DNA from: Pyrinomonadaceae bacterium | Lineage (GTDB): Bacteria > Acidobacteriota > Blastocatellia > Pyrinomonadales > Pyrinomonadaceae | Length of the DNA stretch: 64,000 nucleotides | Direction of reading: 5' to 3' | Assembly: GCA_046155085.1 (NCBI GenBank) | Contig: JBJXEG010000011.1 | Coordinates: forward strand, 240,855-304,854 | Shown: positions 55,270 through 63,894 of the stretch, piece after piece | Position numbering within the stretch: position 1 is the first letter of the stretch | Layout: each line of letters starts with the position of its first letter | The notes under the pieces: generated by a model | Told to the model about the DNA's origin: nothing | The model's database searches: none | The model's input: only the letters and a program-made list of their open reading frames with translations | Made by a program: the position numbers and the translations under genes

Positions 55270-55476
55270 TTAAATATCCTCTTCTTGAATATTTGCCATT
55301 TTCATCAAATGCTTTTGCAGTCCGATCTTGAGCATCCGATTTTTATGAACTGGAATTGAAAGCCTAACGTCACCGTTTGGTTTTCCGTAAATGTGATGGC
55401 TTCTTTGAATGCGAAGCAAACTCCATCCACGCCGCTAGACAAGTTTTGCGAAGTTTTTGCCGGATATCGGCTTCAT
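55270..55476 (-). pseudogene. hicA: HicA mRNA-interferase toxin with in-frame amber codon
   Basis: My translation: MKPISGKNFAKLV*RRGWSLLRIQRSHHIYGKPNGDVRLSIPVHKNRMLKIGLQKHLMKMANIQEEDI. The TAG at codon 14 is at 55437-55435. The ATG overlaps the hicB stop (ATGA). Confidence 0.8.
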
Positions 55477-55676
55477 ACAGCAACTTCGAGTAGTCTATCA
55501 GTCGCACCCATCTGAATAATTGACATGTCCACCGAAAGACATCCCTCAATGGCCTCGCGAAGGTTCGCCTCTAACTCCTCATACGTGTCACCCTGTGTAG
55601 CGCAACCGGGAATAGATGGAACCTCGGCCCAAAAACCACCTTCTTCCGCTTCGTGAACGAAGACCTTTACTTTCAT
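55473..55676 (-). CDS. hicB: HicB-family antitoxin
   Basis: MKVKVFVHEAEEGGFWAEVPSIPGCATQGDTYEELEANLREAIEGCL. Confidence 0.82.
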   Translation of the reverse strand: MKVKVFVHEAEEGGFWAEVPSIPGCATQGDTYEELEANLREAIEGCLSVDMSIIQMGATDRLLEVAV

Positions 55677-55677
55677 A

Positions 55678-55938
55678 TCAATGCTCGGCCTGTGCTGCCG
55701 CCCTTCGCCGCATTTCGTCGGCCAGAGCATCATCGCTCATCTGGTTTATCTGCGGGGCAGCCGCGTTTGATGAGAGCTTTTGTGCTTCGGCTTTTTCTTC
55801 GTCCTCGGCTTCGCGCATGCCGTCTTTAAAAGCTTTTCGCGATTGGCCAAGTGACTTGGCAAGTTGCGGTAACTTAGTCGCACCAAATAGTAAAAATAAG
55901 ACCGCAACGATCAAAATAATTTCTGTTGTTCCAAGCAT
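55678..55938 (-). CDS. tatA: twin-arginine translocase subunit TatA/E
   Basis: MLGTTEIILIVAVLFLLFGATKLPQLAKSLGQSRKAFK. Confidence 0.9.
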   Translation of the reverse strand: MLGTTEIILIVAVLFLLFGATKLPQLAKSLGQSRKAFKDGMREAEDEEKAEAQKLSSNAAAPQINQMSDDALADEMRRRAAAQAEH

Positions 55939-56036
55939 ATAATTAATCCTAAATATCAGACGTTATCAATTGCCAAATAGCCTAAACGACGAGCTGATTT
56001 CATAATACCGCTATTTCGGCCAAATTTCATTCAAAA

Positions 56037-56990
56037 TCATTGATGTTGCGATCGAAACCGATCCATCGCTTCGACGAGGGCGGATGTGATGCCGGGTTCC
56101 GACACGGAATGTCCGGCGTCGGGAACGACGATAAGTTCAGCCTCCGGCATCGCCTTATACAGCTCCCAAGCCGAACTGATCGGGCAAACGACATCATATC
56201 GGCCCTGGACTATCACCACGGGCAAGTGCCGGATCCTATCCACATTTTGGAGCAGGTAATTTTCCGACGGGAAAAACGAGTTATTTACAAAATAGTGCGA
56301 TTCGATGCGGGCGAGGCTCAGGGCCTCATGCTCGCCTTCCCAATGGTCCATCAGATTTTTGTCGGGATAGAGCTTGGATGTCGAGCCTTCCCATACGCTC
56401 CACGCACGTGCTGCCGACAGGCGTGTCTGCTCGTCGTCGCTGGTGAGGCGCTTGTGATAGGCGGCGATAAAATCACCACGTTCGGCCTCAGGAATTTCGT
56501 CGCGGTAACGCTCCCAGAAATCGGGAAATATTTCAGATGCACCATACTGGTAGAACCACTCAAGCTCCTTGCGCCGTGTGAGAAAAATCCCACGCAGGAT
56601 CAATCCCAAACAGCGGTCGGGGTGTGTCTCGGCGTATGCAAGGCTCAGCGTCGAGCCCCAAGAACCACCGAAAACATACCATTTATCCACGCCAAATTTT
56701 TCGCGGAGCTTTTCCATGTCGTCGATGAGATCCCACGTCGTATTCTCTCGAAGCTCGGCATGAGGGGTCGAGCGTCCGGAGCCGCGTTGGTCAAACAATA
56801 TGACCTGATAGACCGAGGGATCAAAATACTGCCGGTACATCGGTATCAGGCCGCCGCCCGGCCCGCCGTGCAAAAAAACTACTGGAATGCCGTCCGGATT
56901 TCCGACCCGCTCATAGTAGATCGTGTGAATCTCGGAGACTGTAAGCGTCCCCACGTCAAATGGTTCGATCTCAGGATAAAGTGATGCCAT
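56037..56990 (-). CDS. pip: prolyl aminopeptidase (proline iminopeptidase)
   Basis: VVFLHGGPGGG, GGSWGSTLSLAYA (GxSxG) and a C-terminal DAGHS. Confidence 0.9.
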   Translation of the reverse strand: MASLYPEIEPFDVGTLTVSEIHTIYYERVGNPDGIPVVFLHGGPGGGLIPMYRQYFDPSVYQVILFDQRGSGRSTPHAELRENTTWDLIDDMEKLREKFGVDKWYVFGGSWGSTLSLAYAETHPDRCLGLILRGIFLTRRKELEWFYQYGASEIFPDFWERYRDEIPEAERGDFIAAYHKRLTSDDEQTRLSAARAWSVWEGSTSKLYPDKNLMDHWEGEHEALSLARIESHYFVNNSFFPSENYLLQNVDRIRHLPVVIVQGRYDVVCPISSAWELYKAMPEAELIVVPDAGHSVSEPGITSALVEAMDRFRSQHQ

Positions 56991-57089
56991 AAAATTGATA
57001 ATACGCGAACACTAAGCCGAAAATAAAACTATTAACCAAGAACTATCAACTGAATAAAAACTCATTTTCCTGTTTATAGTTACAAGTTA

Positions 57090-59030
57090 TTAGTTAGTAG
57101 TTAAAAAATTATCGTACCACAACTGAAAAACAAGCAGAGTCCAGAGCTGTTTGTGGTGGCTGGCGATGCCTTTTTCGTGTTCGTTGATTAGTTTTTGTAC
57201 GTAAGCCGGTTCGAATATACCCTGAACCTTTAACCTCGCGGGCGTGAGCAGGTCGTGCATCAGCGGATTTAGTCGCCCGCGAAGCCATTCGGCGATCGGG
57301 ATGCCAAAGCCTTTTTTGGGGCGGTTCAGGATCGTTGCGGGCAGCAGATCGGCCATTGCTTTTTTTAGGATGTGCTTTCCGCTTTTGCCCTTGAGCTTGT
57401 ATTCGAGCGGGAGCGACGCGGCAAACTGCCCGACTCGCGGATCGAGGAAGGGCGCACGCGTCTCGAGCGAAACAGCCATCGCGGCTCTATCTACCTTGGT
57501 CAGGATGTCCTCGGCCATGTAGTAGTTGATGTCGAGAAACTGCATCCGCTCGATATCGGTCGTTGCATCGCAAAGCTGGACGAGGTCACGCGGGCCGCGA
57601 TAAATATCACCATCGCTTGCTGCGAGTATTGCAGGCGTTAACAATAGGGTTTGCTCGCCGAGGCTGAATGAGCCAAACCACGAATGATGCCGTTCGACGG
57701 TGTCAAGATTTGCCCCGCGGACAAAGCGTTTTGCTTTGTAGTCGAACGACATGTTCTTATTCGAAACAGGCAAGCGTTTGACTATCGGTTCGACGAGGCC
57801 TTTGCGGATAACCGACGGAACGCGGGCGTATTTTGCCGCGACAGTGTGGGCGTAATACATCGGGTAACCGGCAAAAAGCTCGTCGCCGCCGTCACCCCCG
57901 AGCGCGACCGTGACGTGTTTTCGAACAAACTGTGCCAGCAAAAAGGTCGGTATTAAAGAACCGTCGGAAAGTGGTTCGTCGAGCCAGGTGCCGACGTCGC
58001 TGATCAGATTTCCTGCGGTCGTAGCAGACAGTTTTTCTTCGTAATGTTCCGTATCTAAATGCTTCGCGACCTGGCGGGCGTATTTCGATTCGTCAAAAGA
58101 GTCTTCTTCGAAACCGATAGAAAACGTCTTGACCCGCTCGGTCGCATGTTGGACCGAAAACGCCGCAACGGTCGAAGAATCGATACCACCCGAGAGCAAA
58201 ATGCCCAGCGGCACATCCGCCACGAGCCGCATCCGGACAGCGTCAGAAAGCAGGTTGCGGAGTTCGGCCGCGGACGAATCGAGAGAACCACCCCGTCCGC
58301 CCACAGCGGCGTCTACCTCCCTCCTCGCGTAAGGAGGGGAGCTTGCAGTTGACCAGCTCATGTTCCAATACCGTCGTGTCCTCACCTCACCGTTTTCGAC
58401 GACCATTATATGAGCAGCAGGGAGCTTGGAGATACCTTTGTATATCGAATTCGGCGCGGGAACATAGTCGTATGAGAGATATTGCCGCAAAGCGTCGAGA
58501 TCCAATTCAGCTTTTACCGCGGGATGAGCAAGTAGTGCTTTTGGCTCAGAACCGTAGATCAGTTTGTCGTCGAAAACCCCGTAATAGAGCGGTTTTTCGC
58601 CAAAACGGTCGCGGGCGATAATGAGCTTTTTTTGACGCGTGTCCCACAGCACGAATGCAAACATTCCGTTGAGGTGATCGACAAGGGCTTCGCCGTATTC
58701 GTCGTATAGATGCGGCAAGACCTCGGTATCAGACTTTGTACGGAATTTATGGCCCCGCTTTTCTAGGTCGGCTTTGATCTCGCGATAGTTGTAAAGCTCG
58801 CCGTTCATCATAGCGATGACCGACCTATCCTCATTAAATACAGGCTGGTCGCCCGTCTTGAGATCGATCACCGACAGCCGCCGCATGCCCAATGCGACGG
58901 TGTCGTCCATCCAAACCCCTTCGGAATCGGGGCCGCGATGAACGATTCGCTCGCACATGGAATGGAGTACGGGTTCGGTGTGATTTTCTTTAGATTGTTC
59001 GAGGTTTATCCAACCGGTGATGCCGCACAT
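57090..59030 (-). CDS. asnB: asparagine synthase (glutamine-hydrolysing) family amidotransferase
   Basis: MCGITGW (Ntn Cys) and the SGGIDSS PP-loop. Confidence 0.88.
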   Translation of the reverse strand: MCGITGWINLEQSKENHTEPVLHSMCERIVHRGPDSEGVWMDDTVALGMRRLSVIDLKTGDQPVFNEDRSVIAMMNGELYNYREIKADLEKRGHKFRTKSDTEVLPHLYDEYGEALVDHLNGMFAFVLWDTRQKKLIIARDRFGEKPLYYGVFDDKLIYGSEPKALLAHPAVKAELDLDALRQYLSYDYVPAPNSIYKGISKLPAAHIMVVENGEVRTRRYWNMSWSTASSPPYARREVDAAVGGRGGSLDSSAAELRNLLSDAVRMRLVADVPLGILLSGGIDSSTVAAFSVQHATERVKTFSIGFEEDSFDESKYARQVAKHLDTEHYEEKLSATTAGNLISDVGTWLDEPLSDGSLIPTFLLAQFVRKHVTVALGGDGGDELFAGYPMYYAHTVAAKYARVPSVIRKGLVEPIVKRLPVSNKNMSFDYKAKRFVRGANLDTVERHHSWFGSFSLGEQTLLLTPAILAASDGDIYRGPRDLVQLCDATTDIERMQFLDINYYMAEDILTKVDRAAMAVSLETRAPFLDPRVGQFAASLPLEYKLKGKSGKHILKKAMADLLPATILNRPKKGFGIPIAEWLRGRLNPLMHDLLTPARLKVQGIFEPAYVQKLINEHEKGIASHHKQLWTLLVFQLWYDNFLTTN

Positions 59031-59036
59031 AAAGTA

Positions 59037-59060
59037 AGCAGTCAGCAGTCAGCAGTCAGC
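59037..59060. repeat. tandem heptamer (AGCAGTC) x3.4 in the asnB 5' leader
   Basis: AGCAGTCAGCAGTCAGCAGTCAGC lies immediately upstream of the asnB ATG (59030). Confidence 0.95.
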
Positions 59061-59097
59061 AAAAGAATCTTTCGGCTCGCGGCTTACTGCTAACTTT

Positions 59098-60066
59098 TCA
59101 AAATCCTATCTTCTCCCGCACAGCGTAGATAGCCTTATCTTGCGATTCGTGGTATGTCCGGACGAGCAGCTCGGCGAGCAATCCCATTAGAAAAAACTGG
59201 ACCGAGATGGCGAGCATCACGATAGCGATGATCGGCAGCGGCGTTAGGATAAACGAAACCGCATAGACAAACTTCAAAACGAAGGCCCACACCGCCGCAA
59301 TAACCGACGTAAAAAACGCGATCATACCAAAGGCACCGAAAACGTAGAGCGGCTTTGTATGATACTCGGCCATGAACTTGATCGTTATGAGGTCGAAAAC
59401 GACCTTGATGGTGCGCGAAATGCCGTATTTTGATTTGCCCATGGTCCGCGCATGATGATCGACCGGTATCTCTGCCACGCGGGCTCCCGCCCAGCTTGCG
59501 TAGATCGGAATAAAGCGGTGCATCTCGCCATACAGTTTTACGTCTTGGATCACGTCGCGGCGATATGCCTTTAGCGAACAGCCGTAATCGTGCAACGGAA
59601 CGCCGCCGATCCAGGAAATGACAAGGTTGGCGATTTGCGATGGTATCTTACGGGAAAATAACTTGTCCTGGCGGTTTTTTCGCCAGCCGGAAACGACATC
59701 GTAGCCCTCATCAAGCTTGTCGAGAAGGCGCCTGATGTCGGCCGGATCATTTTGCAGATCGGCATCCATCGGGATGAGGATGTCACCCTTGGCGGCGTCG
59801 ATGCCGGCGGACATCGCTGCCGTTTGTCCGTAATTTCGGCGAAGCGAGATCACGCGAACGCGGTCGTCCGACGCAGCGATCTCCTTTAAAATATCAAGGC
59901 TCTTGTCCGTAGAACCGTCATCCACATAGATGACCTCAGCCGTCTTGCCAAGCGCATCGAGCGCCGCCGCGATCTTTGCATGCATTGGCCGCAGATTTTC
60001 TTCCTCGTCGAGCACGGGTAAGAAGAGTGAAAGTTCGGGGTTGTCTGAATTACTAACTTTGTCCAT
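59098..60066 (-). CDS. GT2 polyprenyl-phosphate glycosyltransferase (ArnC/GtrB/DPM1-like)
   Basis: VIYVDDGSTD, DADLQND (DxD) and two C-terminal TM helices. Confidence 0.85.
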   Translation of the reverse strand: MDKVSNSDNPELSLFLPVLDEEENLRPMHAKIAAALDALGKTAEVIYVDDGSTDKSLDILKEIAASDDRVRVISLRRNYGQTAAMSAGIDAAKGDILIPMDADLQNDPADIRRLLDKLDEGYDVVSGWRKNRQDKLFSRKIPSQIANLVISWIGGVPLHDYGCSLKAYRRDVIQDVKLYGEMHRFIPIYASWAGARVAEIPVDHHARTMGKSKYGISRTIKVVFDLITIKFMAEYHTKPLYVFGAFGMIAFFTSVIAAVWAFVLKFVYAVSFILTPLPIIAIVMLAISVQFFLMGLLAELLVRTYHESQDKAIYAVREKIGF

Positions 60067-60084
60067 TTATCTACGGTTAATTCT

Positions 60085-60157
60085 AACAGGATAGACAGGA
60101 TTAACAGGATTCAGAAAAATCAAAAATCCGTCACCGTGCTTATCCTGCTTATCCTGT
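60085..60157. repeat. intercistronic hairpin built from ACAGGAT word repeats
   Basis: AACAGGATAGACAGGATTAACAGGAT on the left pairs with ATCCTGCTTATCCTGTT on the right (15 of 17 positions in the best register). Confidence 0.75.
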
Positions 60158-60159
60158 TG

Positions 60160-60963
60160 TTAATTCTTTTTGGCTACCACGACGATCGACACGCCGAAGG
60201 GGAAATTGAGATTTTTCAGCCAAAAACGTTCGGCACCGAACAGCTTGCCGAAGAAGCCGTTGAGCGCCGAGACGGTGATATTGTTTTCGGATTCGGGCTT
60301 GATGCCTGTGATCTTCATTATCGTTCGACCGGCGAGGATGGGAGCAAAGAACGTCCAGTTGGCGTAGGTCGCACGCTCGACCGTGTAACCTGCGGTTTTC
60401 AGACGATCGACGATCTGCGACTTGGTGTAGCGGATACGGTGATTTGAGATATCATCCTGCACACCCCAGAGCCACATAAAAGCCGGGACAAATATTAGCG
60501 AATAACCGCCATGTTTTGTCACGCGAAACATTTCTCTCAATCCAGCGATGTCATCGTCCAAGTGCTCGACTACATCGAGTGCTGTCGTCAGGTCGAAAGA
60601 ACCGTTCTCGTACGGAAGCGTTTCGGCAAGGCCCTTTTGGACCTTTAATCCCTTTCGTCTGCAAAATTCCAGCGCATCGTCTGAGACATCAACGCCTTCA
60701 GCCTCTCCATAGGCTGAAAGCATTTCGATATTTGCACCGGTTCCGCAGCCAACGTCGAGTATACGGAGGTTTGGAGTTCCAACGTTAGTTGGCTGATCCC
60801 CCGAATTTGCCGCCTGAAGGCGGGACTCTAAGCGGGTGACGATGCCTTTCAAAAAACTTTCAAGAATCGCGCGGCGGCCGACGAACCACCAATGCGAGCC
60901 CTCGACCTCGTCCATTATGGCGTATGTATGCTGTTGCATTTCTTGTGGCAAAGCGGCGTTCAT
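60160..60963 (-). CDS. class I SAM-dependent methyltransferase
   Basis: ILDVGCGTGAN motif I. Start MNAALPQ at 60963. Confidence 0.82.
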   Translation of the reverse strand: MNAALPQEMQQHTYAIMDEVEGSHWWFVGRRAILESFLKGIVTRLESRLQAANSGDQPTNVGTPNLRILDVGCGTGANIEMLSAYGEAEGVDVSDDALEFCRRKGLKVQKGLAETLPYENGSFDLTTALDVVEHLDDDIAGLREMFRVTKHGGYSLIFVPAFMWLWGVQDDISNHRIRYTKSQIVDRLKTAGYTVERATYANWTFFAPILAGRTIMKITGIKPESENNITVSALNGFFGKLFGAERFWLKNLNFPFGVSIVVVAKKN

Positions 60964-61075
60964 AATTATATTTTGCCACAATGGGCGGAAACCTGAGCGG
61001 CAACGGAGGTTGTTTCCTTGACCACCACTCTCGCGAACTATGTTAGACACCCGCCCAACCGGTCGTGTTTTTGCC

Positions 61076-61717
61076 CTAAACCACTATCCCCATCATTTGG
61101 CTCGCCAGGCTGCCCTGATTGCCGTCGGGAGCTAGGCCGTAGCTGTCACGGAGGCGTTGGCGGATGCCGTCGTCATTGACGAAACACGATCCGTTGTCGC
61201 CGAGATGTAGAATCATTAATTGCAGCCCCTCGTCGATATATTCGGGCTTATCGATGCAGAGCATATAGTCGCCAGCTGTCTTGTGGGCTTCCCATTCCAG
61301 CTCGTAAAGCGTCGGGTTAAAGATGCCGATGGGGTTCATATCCGCGTTCGAGAGGCTCGCAAGCGTCTGAGCAAAATCATAAGCATGACGCCCTTCGTGG
61401 ACAAACGTCCCCTCGCATCCACGCTGTCCGCCCGTGTCGATCGTCTCCTCGGCGATAGCGATGTATATCTCGCCCAAAGCTTCACGCAGGCTGATCCGCT
61501 CAGTCGCCAGCTTGTAATTCGTCTTGACCGGATTTATCACTCCGGTAATGCCCGACGCGTTGATCTTCGCGACCGGTTTGACGCGAACGAGCATATTAGA
61601 TTCCATGATCTCGTTCATCATATACCGATGAAAATCATTGCCCTTAGCCAAGATCGTCGCAAACGCGTCCTCGATCGACTGGCGGTATTTTTTGTCGATT
61701 CCTCTATCGAACTTCAT
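61076..61717 (-). CDS. hypothetical protein with HExxH motif (putative metallopeptidase-like)
   Basis: FVHEGRHAYD. The start MKFDRG (ATG 61717) overlaps the upstream stop as ATGA. No signal peptide. Confidence 0.45.
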   Translation of the reverse strand: MKFDRGIDKKYRQSIEDAFATILAKGNDFHRYMMNEIMESNMLVRVKPVAKINASGITGVINPVKTNYKLATERISLREALGEIYIAIAEETIDTGGQRGCEGTFVHEGRHAYDFAQTLASLSNADMNPIGIFNPTLYELEWEAHKTAGDYMLCIDKPEYIDEGLQLMILHLGDNGSCFVNDDGIRQRLRDSYGLAPDGNQGSLASQMMGIVV

Positions 61718-62709
61718 ACGATCTTTCCAAATCCGCACCAGCTATTTTCATTATGCCACGTTATTTTAACGTCCTCGGCGGCGATCTCGTTCCACCAGCC
61801 AGCGAAATCCTCTTTCGAAATATAAAACGCCGTCGGGGCGACCAGATGGTCGAAGACGATATTGTGCTGCTCCCGCCAGCCGAAGGTGCCGAGGTGGTTG
61901 AGGTATTCGTTGTAAAACAGCTTGTTTGCTATCGGCTTTGCGACCGAGTTCATGGGGCGATAGAGCAGCTTGGTCGAGAGAAAAACGCCGAGCGTCGGCA
62001 GTTTTGACAACTGGTAAAGCAGCGGTTGGCTTATCTGCGACGTAAAGCTCTCGCGCACCGGATTGACATACCGCGTGATCCACTCGTTATTCTCGGCACC
62101 GTAAACCCAGGCCGAAATATGGCCGCCATGTTTTACTCTTGATGCCAGCGAGAAAAACGCCTTTTTCGGGTCCGGCGTGTGATGCAGGACGCCGACGCTG
62201 AATGCGTAATCGAAAACCTTTTTGAGCGGCAATTTGAAGATATCGCATTGGACGATATGGGCGTTTGGCATATCGCGGGTCAAGGCAAAGGCGGTTTCGA
62301 CGCCGTCACCGAGGTCGATACCGACGACCTCAGCAGCTCCCCACTCGGCGGCGAGCTTTGTATGCCGTCCTTTGCCGCAGCCGCCTTCGAGCACGATCTT
62401 GCCTTCGAAAAACTCTTTTTTTACCGGTTGGAGCCAGCCGAGAAATTGTTCGTTGTACTTCGGGTCCTCCTGAGTAAAATTTGTCCACTGCCACCCAAAA
62501 TTCTCAGCCGTTTCGGCCTTATCTTCATCGATCTTTCCCAGATCCGCAAAACGCGGTACGCCGCTCACGACCTTATATTCGCGATCGCATTTCTTACATG
62601 TCAGTACACCCTCAATGATCTCCTTGCCGTCGTATTTGCTCGCATAGGCCAGCAAAATATCACCGCCGCAGGTCGGACATGCAAGTAAGTCAAGTAATTT
62701 TTCTTTCAC
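61714..62709 (-). CDS. Trm112-like zinc-ribbon fused to class I SAM methyltransferase
   Basis: LLACPTCGG...LTCKKCDREYKVVSGVPRF followed by LEGGCGKGRH. The GTG start overlaps the mazF-like stop (GTGA). Confidence 0.8.
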   Translation of the reverse strand: MKEKLLDLLACPTCGGDILLAYASKYDGKEIIEGVLTCKKCDREYKVVSGVPRFADLGKIDEDKAETAENFGWQWTNFTQEDPKYNEQFLGWLQPVKKEFFEGKIVLEGGCGKGRHTKLAAEWGAAEVVGIDLGDGVETAFALTRDMPNAHIVQCDIFKLPLKKVFDYAFSVGVLHHTPDPKKAFFSLASRVKHGGHISAWVYGAENNEWITRYVNPVRESFTSQISQPLLYQLSKLPTLGVFLSTKLLYRPMNSVAKPIANKLFYNEYLNHLGTFGWREQHNIVFDHLVAPTAFYISKEDFAGWWNEIAAEDVKITWHNENSWCGFGKIV

Positions 62710-63050
62710 AATTCGAGGCAGGTCCGAACGGCTTTTTCGATTGCTCGCATCGATTCATAAGAAACCCTTCCGGCAGGTTTTGAGGGGAATCGCGAAGGGT
62801 CAACCGAGCGAATCTGAAAACATATAAATACGGTCTCAATAGCTAGACCGGTTTCGACGGGCGACAGACGGACGTTAGAAGGATAATCTTTTGAAACATT
62901 CGCTCCCTTAGTTCCGGCAACGACAGTCACAACCAACGGCAGCCTATTGATCCAGTCAGAAGAAAGCACTAAAACTGGACGCTTTCCGGCTTGCTCCCGA
63001 CCCCGCGACGGATCAAGATCGACAAAATAGATCTCGCCACGCTCGATCAT
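62706..63050 (-). CDS. MazF/PemK-family toxin
   Basis: GEIYFVDLDPSRGREQAGKRPVLVLSS. Confidence 0.82.
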   Translation of the reverse strand: MIERGEIYFVDLDPSRGREQAGKRPVLVLSSDWINRLPLVVTVVAGTKGANVSKDYPSNVRLSPVETGLAIETVFICFQIRSVDPSRFPSKPAGRVSYESMRAIEKAVRTCLEL

Positions 63051-63274
63051 TTACCGAGCCCGTCCATCTCGGTTATCCGAAAATCTCTCGCAATTTCTTC
63101 CATTTCCCGCTGAATTTCAGGATCCGACGCCATCTCGATCATTCGTGCCTCAAATTCAGAGGGACTTTCCGGGCGTCGGCTAAGACGTTCGGCAATGCGG
63201 GAGATAAGTGTCAACTGCTCATCCGCTGGGAGCAATATTATATTCGATTCAATTTGCGACATTACCGTATTCAT
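63047..63274 (-). CDS. putative cognate antitoxin (75 aa, acidic, non-AbrB type)
   Basis: ATGA overlap with the toxin gene. Assigned by position only. Confidence 0.55.
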   Translation of the reverse strand: MNTVMSQIESNIILLPADEQLTLISRIAERLSRRPESPSEFEARMIEMASDPEIQREMEEIARDFRITEMDGLGK

Positions 63275-63329
63275 AGTAAACCATTATAAATAAAATGGAC
63301 CCAAGACACTAAGTATTTTCCTTAGTGTT

Positions 63330-63827
63330 CTAATTTTGGCGATTAACTTGCCTTGCCCTAAAAGCCTCAAACTCAGCAAACGGAAATGGCTGACGCCAGT
63401 TGAATTCGAATTCGTCCGTGTCTCGGTCCGCGTAGAGCTGGTCAAATGTTTTGGCGAAAGCCGAGAAAACATCGCCGACCGAACCTGTATGCGAAAAGAT
63501 CAATTTCCGTTCGCCTGACTCACGGGTCTCCGTCGGGTATTGGTAGATGTCGATCTCGACATTTCCACCGTCGCGGACAAACCTAAAATCGAATTCCTCA
63601 GGGTCGCGGTTCCATTTGAGGAGATATTCATGCGCACCCTCCTTACCGGTCGGGTTTCCGCCTTTCTCGTCGAGCAGATCAGTCAATATTTGCAACAATT
63701 CCGGCAAAGCCAGTTCGTGCGGGGTATGGGCGGTCGTCGTGTGAAATTCGCTCACGCCGTCGTCAAAACCGATCGACATCCATCCGCACTGCGGCGAGTT
63801 AAAACTGACCTCAAGTTTCCCCGACAT
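63330..63827 (-). CDS. hypothetical 165-aa acidic protein
   Basis: ORF in track (MSGKLEVSFNSPQCGWMSIGFDDG...). No motif recognised. Confidence 0.5.
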   Translation of the reverse strand: MSGKLEVSFNSPQCGWMSIGFDDGVSEFHTTTAHTPHELALPELLQILTDLLDEKGGNPTGKEGAHEYLLKWNRDPEEFDFRFVRDGGNVEIDIYQYPTETRESGERKLIFSHTGSVGDVFSAFAKTFDQLYADRDTDEFEFNWRQPFPFAEFEAFRARQVNRQN

Positions 63828-63894
63828 AAGTAAATTATGGTAACTTTATGTCGAAAGTTCCACAACTTAGGCATCAGACATTGGAGGAGAAAAT

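Noticed and set aside
56040-56984. 314-aa ORF exactly antisense to the prolyl aminopeptidase gene
   Set aside because: The minus-strand product has unambiguous Pip motifs (GGPGGG, GGSWGS). The antisense translation is rich in Arg, Gly and Pro with no motifs. This is a typical shadow ORF.
59037-60157. CRISPR array, considered because of the short repeats
   Set aside because: The repeats are 7-9 nt words in tandem or inverted, without spacers of CRISPR size, and no cas genes are present.
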